Shown here piece by piece: positions 40,780 through 53,866 of a stretch of DNA of 64,000 nt; the stretch's first letter is position 1; each line of letters opens with the position of its first letter. The notes below the pieces were generated by a model. That model was not told where the DNA came from, did not search any database, and saw only the letters and a program-made list of their open reading frames with translations. The position numbers and the translations under genes are program-made. Source of the stretch: Leucoraja ocellata. Lineage: Eukaryota. The stretch is from positions 3,100,001 to 3,164,000 of the forward strand of contig JAWMAR010000081.1 of assembly GCA_036785375.1 (NCBI GenBank), read 5' to 3'.

Positions 40780-43380
40780 TATAGATAGCTAATGAGACCA
40801 CATCTGAAATGTTCTCGACAAGTCTGGTTTCCCTTTCTAGAAAAAGTTGTGTCAGAGGGAGTGCTGTGAAGATTTATCAGATTAATTCCTGGGATGATGT
40901 TTGTTATTTGAGAAAGCATTAAACGGAGTAGGCATGTGTCCTCTTTAATTCAGAAGAATGAGAAGTGACCTCATTGAAATATATAAAATTCTTGCCTACG
41001 TGACAGTGTAGATTCAGAGGTGATGTTTTCCCAAGCTAGGTTCCCAGATATCACATCATCAAACCACGGGATCAGTCATTCAGGACAGCGATAACAAGAA
41101 ATAGCTTTATCCAGGTGGTAGTCAGTCTTTAGAAATTTCTAACAAAGAAGATTGTGCAAGTTTAGTTGTTGAGTATATTCAAGGCAGAGATTAAAAGATA
41201 TTTAGACATTAAGGGATTCAAGAGACAAGGAGTCAATATGAGAAACTGGTGTTGATGGAAAAGGTCAGCTGTCATCTAACAAAATTATGATATGCAGAAT
41301 TAAAAACCTCTGTCTGTGTTATGTTCTTGTAATCAGAGGGAATATGGAAAGAAAAAGACCGATAAAGTAGCATGCGGAATTCTGGCAATCAAAATGTCTT
41401 GGCAATATCTTTCTAAACAATTAAATGGTGGTAAAAAGAGATGTGGCCAATTGGAGATCATAAAGGAGAGTTACATTTGAAGCCAGAGAACATCAATGAG
41501 TCAGAATGGATGTGGCAGCTCAATACCAGGCATCAATGAGACCCTGTGGACCACAATCAGTGAGATTTGTGTTCCAACACAATCTGTAACTTATTAGCTG
41601 GCATATCTTTCACTCTGACATTTTAGCAAGATAGGGGATCAACCCTGCTTCACTTGGAAGGGCATGGTCACTATAATCAAGTGCCAAATTTGTGAATCTG
41701 AAAAACAGTGCTTCATCCATTCTAAATAGAAAAAAACCCCACAACATACGTTATATCGAGCCAAGGGATCCCATGACCAAAAAGGCTAAACAAACCTGCA
41801 GCTTCGCAACATCTGATTATGAATGACGGTAGGCAGTTAAATAGCTGATAGGATGTTTTTGGGTTACCCGCAAGAATAGCAGAGTCCATTAAGTGAGTCG
41901 CAAAGTTAAGGTCAACCTAAAGCACCAAATGCTTTTAGTTGGCCTCCTCCTAAGAGCCCAATCATTGCACAAGCCAGTCTTCATCCAATTTGGTTCACTC
42001 TATGTAATATCAATGCACAATTGAGAGCACTGGATATAGCAAAAGCTATGAGACCAAACATCCTGGCTGTAGTAAGATTTTCACTCAAGTACCAACTGTG
42101 CTCCATCCAAGTTGTCCCAGTACATTTATAGTATTGGTATTTACCCGAAAATTACGTCTGGTTCATGAAAAGTTCATGAAATCTTTCAAAGTTGGAATAT
42201 ATCATTGACAGTACTATCTGGAGGCACGCACTCACCACTAACCTGCTCAACGTTGCCCAGTTTGGATTTTGCCGAGACTGCTCAGCTCCAGAACTCACCT
42301 TTGACAGTGTAATTAAGTTAACTTTCAGAAATTGCACGTGTTTGACCACACCACATCAAAGATCCAATTGACTGATTGAAAATGGCACAAGGAACTCTGG
42401 TGAAGATGGTCAGGGGGCATCAAAGGAAAAATATGTAAGGATTTGGAGTCATATCCTGCACAAAAGAAGGTGGTTGCGGTTGATAGCGATCAATTATCGC
42501 AACTCCTGTTCATTGTGATTCCTCAGCGCAGTGTCCTGGCCAAACTATTTTCAATTCCTTCATCAACAACCAATTATAAAATCATGAGTGGCATTGTTCA
42601 TTGATAATTGCATAATGTTACTTCCATTCGCAACTCTTCAGCAAATGGAATGATCCTTGCAGAAAGACCTGGACGATATTTAGGCAGAGGCTGGAAGTGG
42701 GAAACGAATATCACACCTAAATCATAGACCATTGGCAGCAAGAGATTGTCTAACATTCAAATGTATTACCATCATTGAGCCCCAGATCATCAACAGCCTG
42801 GGGGATCATCATTGATCAGAAACTCAACTGCACCTGCCACATAATTATGCAGATACAAGAGCAAGATAGAAACTGAGTATCTTTGGGCAAGTGACAGCCA
42901 GAAGCCATTCCACCATCAATAAGGCACAAGTCAGGAGAACAGTGGAATACTCTCCACCTGCCCTCAAGAAGCTTAACACCATCAAGGGCAAAGCAGCGTA
43001 TTGATCAGTAGCCCATCTCCCACACTAAACATGCATTCCCTCTTCAACTGGTGCACCTGTGGCTGAAGTGTTCGCCATCTAGAAAATGCTTGATTTTTTT
43101 TTCTCACCTGGCCTACTCTGATATCAGTATCAAACTCATGATCTCTATAATCAAGAAGGACACAAATATTAAATGCATGGATACACCACCTTCTGGAAAT
43201 TTCCCATTAATCTTACTTGATCCTGATATGAAAATAAACCTTTGTTCCTTCGCTTCCCTGGAGCTAATTCCTTGCCTTCTCTACTCAACAGCATAGGTGA
43301 GTACTTTCAACAGCAATCTGTGTTTTTATAGGAGAGTACTTTAACCAGCAGGACTGCAATGGGATAAGGAGGTGGCAGTG
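40780..43380 (+). mobile_element. Old degenerate CR1-group LINE remnants (a 3' fragment about 40780-41330, then an older RT-bearing remnant)
   Basis: atgagaccacatctgaaat..., gtgtcctggccaaactattttc, attgatcagaaactcaactg, aaggcacaagtcagg..gtggaatactctcc (KAQVR..EYSP); many stops. Confidence 0.6.
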
Positions 43381-44194
43381 TAAACATAGAGTAAATTATT
43401 TTATTTCCAGACCAGCCCTAAAACATGCCGAGTGATTTATTTTGCTCATGAAATCTCTGAATGAATTCTTTGTTGATACTTCATGGAAGATCTTGCATCT
43501 GTTTTGAATCTGTTGAATGGCCAACCACAAAATTACTATGAAGTAGTAACATGAAGTTCAGACACTACACAGAGATGCAGCGTATTATGGACAGCAATAT
43601 CTGTTTTCTTCCCTTTAGAGTACAGGGCAAGAACTGGCAGTTCTTTATTAACTGAAGCTGATTGCATGTGATGTGTTTAAACCTGTCATTAGTACACAAA
43701 AATATAACAGCAGATGTAAGCTATTGATGTCATTGTTTCTGTGAAAAAGTGATGCACGTGCACTGATTTGAATTTTGGATGCGTTAGGACAAGCTTGACT
43801 GAGAAACAAAAAAAACTGCTGGTTCTGGAAATCGGAAATAAAGCAGAAAATGTTGGGAAAATCTAACAGATCAGTTGGCATCTGTAGAGAGAGCGAGGCA
43901 GGTTAACTTTTCAAGTCATTGACCTTTAGTCAGAGCAGTTTGGTGATATGGGTCAAACAGGCAAACGGGCCTAACTTTGATGAGTATCTTGGTCAGCATG
44001 GATTAGTAGGGCTCAAGGACTTGCATCTGAGCTGTATGACTAAAGGTTATTAAGCTGAAACATTGACTCTTCTCCCACAATGGAAATGTTGTTGACAAAA
44101 CAGTTTGTCTTGACCAACAAACTGCAGTGCACGTAATATTCAGATAGGGTCAGAAGTCCAAAATGTGGCCTCCCACTTAATTTTAACACAGTAA

Positions 44195-44765
44195 TACACA
44201 ATACAATACCATACAATACCGTTTATTGCCATTTGAACCTAAGTTCAAACAACATTTCGTTTCTGCAGTCATACGAACAAGAAAAAAAACCCAAGACACA
44301 CAATTAACACAATTTACACGGACATCCATCACAGTGAATCTCCAAACACCTCCTCACTGTGATGGAAGGCAAAGTCTTGTCTCTCCACAGTACTTTATTC
44401 TTTCCCGATGTTAAAACCCCCGGCGGGCGATGGTAAGTCCCGCGGCCGTTAAAGCCGTGCTGGGCGATGTAAGGCCCCGCTCCGGATCATTTTTAACCCC
44501 GCGATTCGGGCGGGAGAAGTTGCCGTTGCGGCAGCTCCGAAAAGTGGTCTCCCACCAGGGACCTGCAAGCTCCCGATGTTACCGTCCACCAGACCTGTAG
44601 CTGGAGCCTCCGAAGCTCTGAAGTCGGGTAACAGCCGCGCGCCACCACTGCTCTCCACGCTCCAAAGCTGGCCACCTCCGCGATGGTGTGTCCGCCGGCT
44701 CTGCGACTGGGGCCCCAGGTTGATTTCGGTTGGAGGTCGCTCCACGGTGCTAGGCCCCAACGACT
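44195..44765 (-). mobile_element. GC-rich non-autonomous retroelement, relative of 12732-13698
   Basis: (caatac)-like tail, tttattgccatt...ctgcagtcatac, shared cacagtga..tccaaacacctcctcactgtg hairpin and gggcgatggta block. Confidence 0.6.
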
Positions 44766-44874
44766 GCGTCACCAACTTAGGTACCTTGATGCTAAAACTC
44801 CAATGTTTCAAGATTTTCCTTATATCTTTATGGTTGATTGTTTCCTTTAACTTATCTTCATTCTAGATATTAGT

Positions 44875-45215
44875 GATGCCATGGTGCAGCTAGCAGAGCT
44901 GTTACCTCATATCCAGCATTCCTGGTGCAATCCTGATCTCTGGTGCTTTCTGTGGAGTTTACATGCTCTTTATTTGACAGTATGGGTTTCCACCAGATGG
45001 TTTTGTTTCCTCCCACATACCGAAAGCGCATGGATTGGTAGGTGGATTGGCCATTGTAAATTACCCCTTGCGTGCAAATGAGGAACATTGATCGAAATAT
45101 TGTGAAAGGGAAATGGGTTAGAGTAGGATTAGTATAAAAATGACTACTTGATGGTCGAATATGGATATACATGTGGTGAAGGGCCTGTTTCCATGGTGTA
45201 TCTCTGAACTAAACA
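44875..45215 (+). mobile_element. Degenerate HE1-like V-SINE
   Basis: catggtgcagc..., tggagtttacatgctct..., ttcctcccacat, tgtaaattacccctt, tail gggcctgtttccatggtgtatctctgaactaaac. Confidence 0.7.
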
Positions 45216-45291
45216 AAAATGCACTTTTATCAGTATCAGTGCTGCTATACTGCATAATTGGAAAATTGCATTTAATATTTTTGTTATCTAG

Positions 45292-45366
45292 ATTATGCAC
45301 TACTAGATTCTGACACTCCGATTACTGTGTATGAAGTTAATAACCCTGAAGAGAAAGAATCCACAG
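45292..45366 (+). CDS. Exon R11 (75 nt): (D)YALLDSDTPITVYEVNNPEEKEST
   Basis: tttttgttatctag acceptor, ACA G|GTAT donor, symmetric phase 1. Confidence 0.75.
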
Positions 45367-46648
45367 GTATTCCCAGCAATACTTAACTCTGGGTTACATA
45401 TTTTAGCATACAGTTATACAGAAGAATATTTATACGAAACAGTTGGATCTCTTTCTCACGTTATTCAGTAATCTTTATTCATGTTTACAATGGAGCAAAT
45501 TATGTTAATATTCATTCCACACCCATAATAGTTTGAAGAGTTTTTGTTAAGTCTCCTGCATAATTTTTCCTGATTCCTTGGAAACACTTGGGAATTCACA
45601 TGAGAGAATATTTGTGTTAAAGCATGAAAAACTAAAGTGATTAACTGATGGGGAAAAGTGTAGTATTTGACTGGAATGACAGGATATGTGGTGGGATTGA
45701 TGGGACAATGGCAAGGAAGTGGAGTCAGAGAACTTAGCAGGAGACTCAACCTATTTTTGCATCCCAAATAACCTGGGATGATGGACAAGGTGAGCTTATT
45801 ACTGTTTAATGAAATCTGATGGCATCCCCAAAGCCTTACCGCTCGTCACTTTATTTTCATGTTTCATGTATTTTGTATTTTTTATGACTGTTGACAAATT
45901 AATTACTCTCCTGGGATAAATAAAGTTCTATCATATCGTAGAGTACCTTCCAACTCGTCCATTAGCGTATCAGACATTTGGCACACGTGACTGCTCCGGT
46001 AGTTTTTCTATTTTAATGTAAGTTTGGAGCTACTGTGACACTGGATTTTTCTAATTTTATTTACTTATCGGGCATTTGTTTTTTTCTAATTAATTATGTT
46101 ATAATTTTATTTCTAGAATATGTAACAAGAAATGGGGTGACTTATACATCGTGGTTTTCATTATATTGCCCGTGATGTGTTACTTTGCTTATAAATTGGG
46201 CATTTCAAAAGATTTGGTACAAATTATGTAAACTACTGGAGTAACTCAGCGGGCCAAGCAGTATCTGTGGAGGCAAAGAGATATATAACATTGTAGGTCA
46301 AGAACCCTGAATTAAAACTGAAAGTATAAACTGAACAATTTGTTTTTTGCACAAGATTCCAGCATCTGCAGTCTCTTATGTTTCAAAAGATTTATTTTGC
46401 AGCTAATAGAACATTCACATTAATTTTGGTTGAAGAATCATCAATCAAATACTTTTAATGTACAAAGAATATTTAAATTTAATAGCTGAGTCAGTTGATG
46501 TACCAATTCTCAATAAGTTTTAAAATTGCACGTATTTCTGTGCAGCCACAGAATCACAAAAGATATTCTAATTCAAATATATTTACTGGTAGAACTCTTT
46601 CATCATTGATTAAGAATTTTGTACTTGATTTCCTTCTTTTCCTCTTAG

Positions 46649-46765
46649 TGCCAGCCTTTGACACTTCTGAAGTGTTCACTTTAAAGTCAGACAATGAGTT
46701 GGTGGCCTCCGACTCTTCACATGTGTTCAATCCAATCACACAGACCACAGATACTGAACCAACAG
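46649..46765 (+). CDS. Exon R12 (117 nt): (V)PAFDTSEVFTLKSDNELVASDSSHVFNPITQTTDTEPT
   Basis: Strong polypyrimidine tract ttccttcttttcctcttag, ACA G|GTAC donor, symmetric phase 1. Confidence 0.8.
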
Positions 46766-49399
46766 GTACTTCGGACATTATGTGTGCTTTGTATGTAAGG
46801 CTGAGGAATGCGTACATATACGTGTGTGTTAACACCTTTGCTGAGTTGTCAAAAACATGGTCATGGGCTGTACACACAATACCATACCTTTTGCAAAGTA
46901 GCTTTTACATGTTTTGCATGAAATCATTCAATGTCACGGTTTCCATGAGGTTGCTTTTGCTTGGTCACCAATGCACTCAATCTAGTCTTATTCTGTGAAG
47001 GCCTCTCACTTCCACTAAGACATTGGCTCTGAGAAGATGGACAAGGTCCTGAACTGCATTCATGGAAGCCATGCTCTAATGTAGTCATGTGTTTGCAAAA
47101 AAGCTTAAAAAAATAATTTAAAATTAAATATTCACAATTTTAAAATGTAAAATAATAAACCATTTAAAACATAAGAAACTTTCAAAGTGATACAAAGTCT
47201 ACCCTCTAGAGAGGATAGGTTGCGGAAGCATTTATAACGGAATTTGGTTCGAGCAGGTGGAGCGTCCCCACAGTTACACTGCAGAGGTTGTTGAAATTGA
47301 CAAGCAATTGCTGTGATCGACACTTAACTCTTTTAAACAAAGTAACAAACAGCTTTAGTATTTTTAGCTTACAGTAACAAAAATAGATTTTAGCTGTACA
47401 CTTAGTAGGCAGTTTAGTGTCTTTGGAAGGAGAAGTGGAATTAATGTTTTAAGGTCGATGTCCTTTTAACCTGAACTCAGAATTATGCACAAATAAGCTT
47501 GTGGTGTTCTGATTTCCTACAATATCCCATAGATGTGCTGGTTGGTAGATTTATTGGCCGCGTGTAGCAGAGCATTAAAATCAGGGGTGACTTGATAGGC
47601 ATGAGGGGAAAATAATAAATCGGATCAAGGTAAAATAGTGTAAATGAGTAGTGGATAGTTGGCAAAGACTTAATGGGCAGAAGGATACATTTAGTTCTGT
47701 ATCTCTCGATAACACTGTGACTCTATGATCTGGATTTCTACATGCATGCAAGCATGTACAGTAGTTCTGAATTTCCTGGTTCTGCAGTTCCACTCATAAC
47801 TGCTAACATTTTAGTGGAAATTTTGGATGATGGAGCAATCCACCACCGCAAGCAAATGTGCTTAGTTTTGTTGGAATATTTGGTCAACAATTCATTAATT
47901 GCCGTTTGGCTGTAAATTAGTTGTCATTTCATCGAGGTTACATTGTGAAGTTTATTGGGTCGAAATTAGTTTTTCTGTAGTGAAAAAATTGTTGCCAGCA
48001 TGAATTATTTTGAAGAATTTGAATTAATGAGTGAAATATTATCTATAATTTAATATTGTAAGAGGCCACATGGTGCACATCTGAATAGATAGATAGAATT
48101 TAGATAGATAGAATTTATTGCCACACAACCAGGGTCGGTGGAATTTGGGTTGTCAGCAGCAGGACAATAATAAAGAACATACAGCCAAAATAAAAATGTA
48201 ACACAAACATCCTGTATACTGTATATTGAATGTTTTATGGTGAAAGGATAAGACCAACAATACAATCTGGTTACGTTATAATGATGCCCAGTGGAACATT
48301 TATTTTACTGAGAATTTAAGACTTTTTATTTGGCTTCCTTATCGTCAGCTGCAGACTATGAGGGGCCAAATTATGGCATTCCTAATGTGTTCAGTTCAAT
48401 CACTATATTTGGAAATAATATGGGAGTTCCATTCCTGGCATATAGTCAGGAATGTACTAAATAATCAACAGGATATGTTCAGGTTTGCATGGTATCAAAT
48501 AGTATGCCACATAGATGCTATGCTGCACATTCTTAGTGTTCATTTATTGTTCATTGTACTTTGCATAATTTATATTTGTTGGCACTTCACCGTCTTGCAT
48601 GATTGTCATTTGTCACTACACAAAATAATTTTGGGGGAAAATAGCAATTTGCTGCATCATTCATCGTATTTCAGCACTTAAATGATGTGTGTTGAATTCT
48701 GTGGTCAAACAATTCACTTCATGAAGCTTGGTGACTGTGCTTGGGTCTAAAATGTCTAACAGCCAGTTATGGCTTGAATGAAAAATATTTGACATTGTTT
48801 GGTTTTCCATTTGTTTTCCTATTGCTTTTGTACTGGTTATTTTAAGTAATATTTAATTAATTACCATAATGACTAGGCATAGTTCATGATTTTATGACAT
48901 GACTAAATAGAGTAGTTCTAACTTGGGAATTGTTCCAATTTTGAAATCCGAGAATGAGATCAATTCCAAAACAGTTCTATTTTCCAATGAAGTCGAGTTA
49001 GGCAAATATCGGTATTGATACAGCTCAGAGTTCATTTTCCCTGATCTCACAGTTCTCCAAGCAGCATTCTACTTGCTCTTACCCAGAAACATGGATAGGA
49101 CAGGTTTGGAGGGATGTGGACCAAATGCTGGCAGGTGGGACTGGCATAGCTGGGCCATGTTGGCCGGTATGGGCAAGTTGGACCGAATGGCTTGTTTCTC
49201 ACAATGTATCACTTTATGACTCTATGACTCTGTGAAACTGACTTCAATTCCTTCTTGGGCAGTTCCTCAGGATCCATGGTGATATGCTTCTACTCCAGTT
49301 CTTTGGATTTTAAGGTGGCTGAAAATTCTTTGGTGTAAGTCACAGACTATGTCAGCTGAGTCAGGTGGAACCTTATGGGCTAAGTGACATTGTAGTGTG

Positions 49400-50870
49400 G
49401 AATTTTGTGCATTCCTTATGCTGTTTATGATTGACCTTCATGTCCTCTCATCATGGACCAAGGATTCCCATGGGTTGGTGAGGATGTCACAATATTTCCT
49501 ATAGATTTTTAGAAGTTCTTGGAATAACTTTGTCCATCCCCTCAGAAAACGTTTTCCCCCAACTAGTTCCTAGTGATGCTTATGTCAAGAATCTTTTGTT
49601 TGGCATGTGGATTTGGATCATCTAGGTGGTTGGTTGAGTGTGACATTTGCCCAGGAGAGAATGTTGGCATAGTATTTCTTACCTGCCAATTGGAGTGTTG
49701 TGGATCCAGCAGTGGTGGTATCCAGTGCATTGAGGAGCCTACTGATAACGCTTGAACATTATAGGAAGTTGAGAATTGCTGCTGCTCAGTTAACCATGAG
49801 CTTGATACTGGTTTGAGATATTGGTCATCAAAGATAATTTTCCGGCTGTACGGGAAGCTGTGGTATCTTTCATCAATTATTTCTGCTTTTGATGTGATAT
49901 GGCTGCTAAGATGTGGAAGTGGTCCATGCTTTCCAAGCTCCATCTATAAACCATGGTTCTTAGTGAGGTAGATATGTAAAGGGCCTTACCGATGTTTAGT
50001 GCATGTTCCATCCTTTTATTTGCTCCTGTAAAAGAGCCAACAGTAACTTGTAGATTTCAGTAGCCACTTTCGTAAGTTCTGTTAGCAAATTAAATTGATG
50101 AAGGAAGATGAGGGAGAATCTGCTAGTAGTGAAGACAATGAAGGTTGGATCTTCTATAAATTAAACACATTGCTGTTCAAAATCTATTGGTATTGAAGTG
50201 AAGAATACAGATAGGGCACTGGATAGCACAGCTTGTTTGTCCCTGGAGTACATAGATTGTGCTTGAGATGGACCTGTTGGTTACCATCACAACATGCATC
50301 TCTTTGTTTCACATGCTTTGAATAGTGTTGAATTTCGTAGGACAGCTAGATTTGTGAAGGATTCTCCATAATCTTCAATCATATGCCCCTGTGAGTATAA
50401 AAAGGCCTAATACAGATGTTGGTAGTATCTTTACACTGTACCTGGGAGGACCCGTGATTTTCTCTTTAGTATATAACAGGGAGACACTCTATTTACTATG
50501 ATTGTTGTCTCCATTCTTGCAGACGATCAAGCTAGACGTGTCTCTGAGGTTCTGTGCCCTGCTATATCCCTGGATGGACACTTGATACCTCATATTTTTA
50601 ACGACATTAAAGAAAACCATTCAGCACAGTGACATTGGATCAGTGATATTGTGAAGAAGTTAGAAAGTACTATCTTAGGGATCTAGCATCTTTCCACCCT
50701 TTGCAGATCTCTAACAGTTCCATTACCAGTACCCTGCAGCCCGTTATCCCACATTGATGACAGTCATTGATGTAGTGAACTTACCAACAGAGCCATCGAA
50801 GTCTATAGCTGCTTGGAGCTGTCTGCCATGACCATCCAATAGGTTTCATCCTCCTACTGGCTAGATTACA
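49400..50870 (-). mobile_element. Old degenerate LINE, probably RTE-like
   Basis: Minus-strand remnants KIIFDDQYLK..., KQKIL..., and a G..GGQ..F..LK-like tail; heavily decayed, so clade is tentative. Confidence 0.4.
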
Positions 50871-51242
50871 GCAGTTAGGCTAGGCTAGGCTAGGGCGTGC
50901 ATTATGTAAAGATCATAGGGCCAATATCTAGTGAAAAGTTGCCAATAAGGGGAATGGGTTTTATCATTATTTGTTATTAAATTTCATTAGATTTGATTAA
51001 ACATTTACGTTAATTTCTTTCACTTTTTTAACAATGTTATTATTAACATTATCTTATGTATTGTTTTTTAGATGAAAACTATTAGTTACACACATTTCAT
51101 TCTATTTAATCAAAACTCAAGAATAAGGCAATTTTACTACATTTGCTACATTGCTTTGGTTTTCAATAGTCATTGGGAGAACTTGTGTGTTAACTTTAAG
51201 TGAGATTAAGAATGTTCTATTATTTCCTTCTTATCCACTCAG

Positions 51243-51383
51243 ACTATGAGGTGCCAATGTATGGCATAAATAATGTGTCCACTTTAATGGCAGACCATGA
51301 AATTCCAGTTACTGACACCCCTAATGTGATCTATCCAATTCCAGAACCAGAATCTGTTACGATAAGTGATATCGAACCTACAG
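51243..51383 (+). CDS. Exon R13 (141 nt): (D)YEVPMYGINNVSTLMADHEIPVTDTPNVIYPIPEPESVTISDIEPT
   Basis: ttccttcttatccactcag acceptor, ACA G|GTAC donor, symmetric phase 1. Confidence 0.85.
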
Positions 51384-51681
51384 GTACTTGTGAGAATGTT
51401 TGTCTCAGTTGAAAATATTGTGTGTTTTAATTATGTAAAGGCACAATTCTATGAAATGAACAATTCACTGCATATCTTCTGAGATATAAGATTTTGCTTA
51501 TCCTTGATGGGGTTAGTTGGTCAATGCTCTTTTTTGATAGAGCTCAATGTGTGCCTGGCTCTGTTTACCAATTATGGCTATATTGTTAGATAGCATCAAT
51601 TATGCTATGTGAACTGCTAGTTTGTTGTATTTTAATGAAAGATTAAGAATTTAGTATCTGGCTTCTTTCTTATCCCTTAAG

Positions 51682-51905
51682 AAACCAATCATTGATACTC
51701 CTATTAATCTCATGTTCTATACAACAAACCACTGACACTCCCAATATGGCAAAGAAGTTCCAGCACCTGAGCCAACTACCTTTCAATTTATAGAAGGTAG
51801 ACAAAAATGCTGGAGAAACTCAGCGGGTGAGGCAGCATCTATGGAGCGAAGGAAATAGGCAACGTTTCGGGCCGAGACCCTTCTTCAGATTTATAGAGGT
51901 CACGT
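51682..51905 (+). pseudogene. Dead repeat exon, frameshifted and interrupted by a 94-bp insertion
   Basis: Same upstream motif (attaagaattt..ttctttcttatccc), IIDTP / TTDTPNM / VPAPEPTTFQFIE in shifting frames; insertion 51795-51888 flanked by atttataga. Confidence 0.7.
51795..51888. mobile_element. Penelope-like-derived short insertion with 9-bp TSD
   Basis: aggtagacaaaaatgctggagaaactcagcgggtgaggcagcatctatggagc...tttcgggccgagacccttcttcag; TSD atttataga at 51786-51794 and 51889-51897; near-identical to 26308-26368. Confidence 0.8.
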
Positions 51906-52480
51906 GTGCTTTGACAATATTTCAATTTTGATCGCAACTTCATGATGAAATAAATAATACTTGCATGTTTAGTTTTGTCCAAAGGTAACACAAATATTGG
52001 TTGCCTTGGGCATGAAATGCATTTGATGAATCTTGGTGTCTATTTGCCAAGTTAAATGGAGCTTAAGTGTTAAAATTCTGTTTAATTATTGTGCATCCTT
52101 GCACAATTATTGTGCAATGTGCATCCTTCATATTTATAGATTGTGCTTAGCTGTCATGTTTAATCAATCTTTACAAGTGATTGCATAATGTTGCATGGAA
52201 TATCTTTTATAACAGTTAACTAAAACATCTGGAATTATATTAAATTAATATATCACTCATTATATTATGGATTACTCTGTATTACTTGAACATGCATTCA
52301 GCAATTTATGTTTGCAATGGGAGATATTTATTGTTATTGTATCAAAAAGGAGGATTTTTTCTGCAATAATACTTTATTCTAATAATGTATATACATACAA
52401 TTGAATTCTTGAATGCATGGGTGTGTTATCTCAATGGGGAATTACAACATTGTGTCATAATTCCTTCTTATTCCCCTCAG

Positions 52481-52597
52481 ACCATGCCATGCCAACCTTT
52501 CACACTCCTAAAACAATTACTGTAATATCAGGCTCTAAGTTGCCAAACCCTGGCATGGTCAATCCAATCACACAATCTGAACGTCCTGAAGTTACAG
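52481..52597 (+). CDS. Exon R14 (117 nt): (D)HAMPTFHTPKTITVISGSKLPNPGMVNPITQSERPEVT
   Basis: ttccttcttattcccctcag acceptor, ACA G|GTAC donor, symmetric phase 1. Confidence 0.85.
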
Positions 52598-53242
52598 GTA
52601 CTTCTGACAATGTTTCTGTCTTGTTGTTGAATTGTGAGGAAATTAGGAAACCTGTTGCAATAGCTCTATCTTCTATTCACATTTAATGAATGTTTGTTAC
52701 TTTTGTGAGACACGTTTGATAGCCTGTATGAATCTTGCATGCAACAAGTTAAATATATTGACATAATTTTTAAAAATGAACAGTACATTGCCTATTCCCT
52801 GGAAATAGGCATTGCATTCTTTGTAATCTGACTCATTGAACACAGAATTATGAAAGAATAGAAAGCTAGTCAATGGTATGACGAATAAATGAGATTTATT
52901 CTGCAAAGGTATGGCATTGTAATGATATAAAAGAAATGTGTTGAATAATTGGTGGTGGTACATGTCAGAGGGTGATAGGTGGAGGGTTGTTTTTCAGGTT
53001 GAAGGTCTGTAAGGTTGGTACTGGGTCCATTGTTATTTGTTACCTACATTAACAATTGGGATGAGAATATAGTTGCATTGTTAGTAAGTTTATGGATGGG
53101 ACCAAATTGGTGGTACATTGGTAAAGAATGATGTGATGTAATCAACTAATCATAACGGTAAAGAAATATATTCATCAAAGCAAGTGACTATTTTAATGAG
53201 GAATTAAGAATTTTGTCTCTGCTTTTTTTCTTATCCCTTCAA

Positions 53243-53380
53243 TACATACAATGCCACCATCTAATGCTAATTTCTTCAAATCACTCTCTAGCTGTAAACT
53301 AAAACCCACCAAGCCACCTAATTTATTCAATAGAATTTCTGCATCAGAACGAGCCAACAGTCCAGTTATTGATGTTGTAG
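53243..53380 (+). pseudogene. Repeat exon with lost acceptor (138 nt): HTMPPSNANFFKSLSSCKLKPTKPPNLFNRISASERANSPVIDVV
   Basis: Family upstream motif ends ttatcccttcAA rather than CAG; frame open; GTA G|GTAT donor intact. Confidence 0.65.
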
Positions 53381-53866
53381 GTATTTTGAGGATATTCATG
53401 TATTTTTCTGTGAACCCAGGGTTGGAGTAGTTGCCTGTTGAGAATTGTGTAAAATAACAAAGACATATGTTGTAAATGCTATACCCCACTCAGTCACACC
53501 TTGCACAGTTAATGTAGGAATTTTAAATGTGGTACTTTTTTCTGTTAGATTATTTGACCAGTGTTTTTCTTGAAGTTTAAAGAGTGTGCTTGACTGTAAA
53601 CTTTCAATTTGATACTTAATTTGTTCTAATTGTTGAATAATAATTGGTATTTATATTGTGTTGCTGCATGGGCTGTCTGCTTATTAGCACTTTCATCAGA
53701 AATCTTCAGAATAATACATTTATTTGGCTGAAAATTAAGTAATGAATTCTTTAGTCATGTATGAAAATAATTAACTACATAATTTTGGTATTCCATCGCA
53801 TCCACTTAAATTTAATCTAATGATAAAGGGTGTTTTACTCTACATACTTTTTCATTCAAAAAACAG

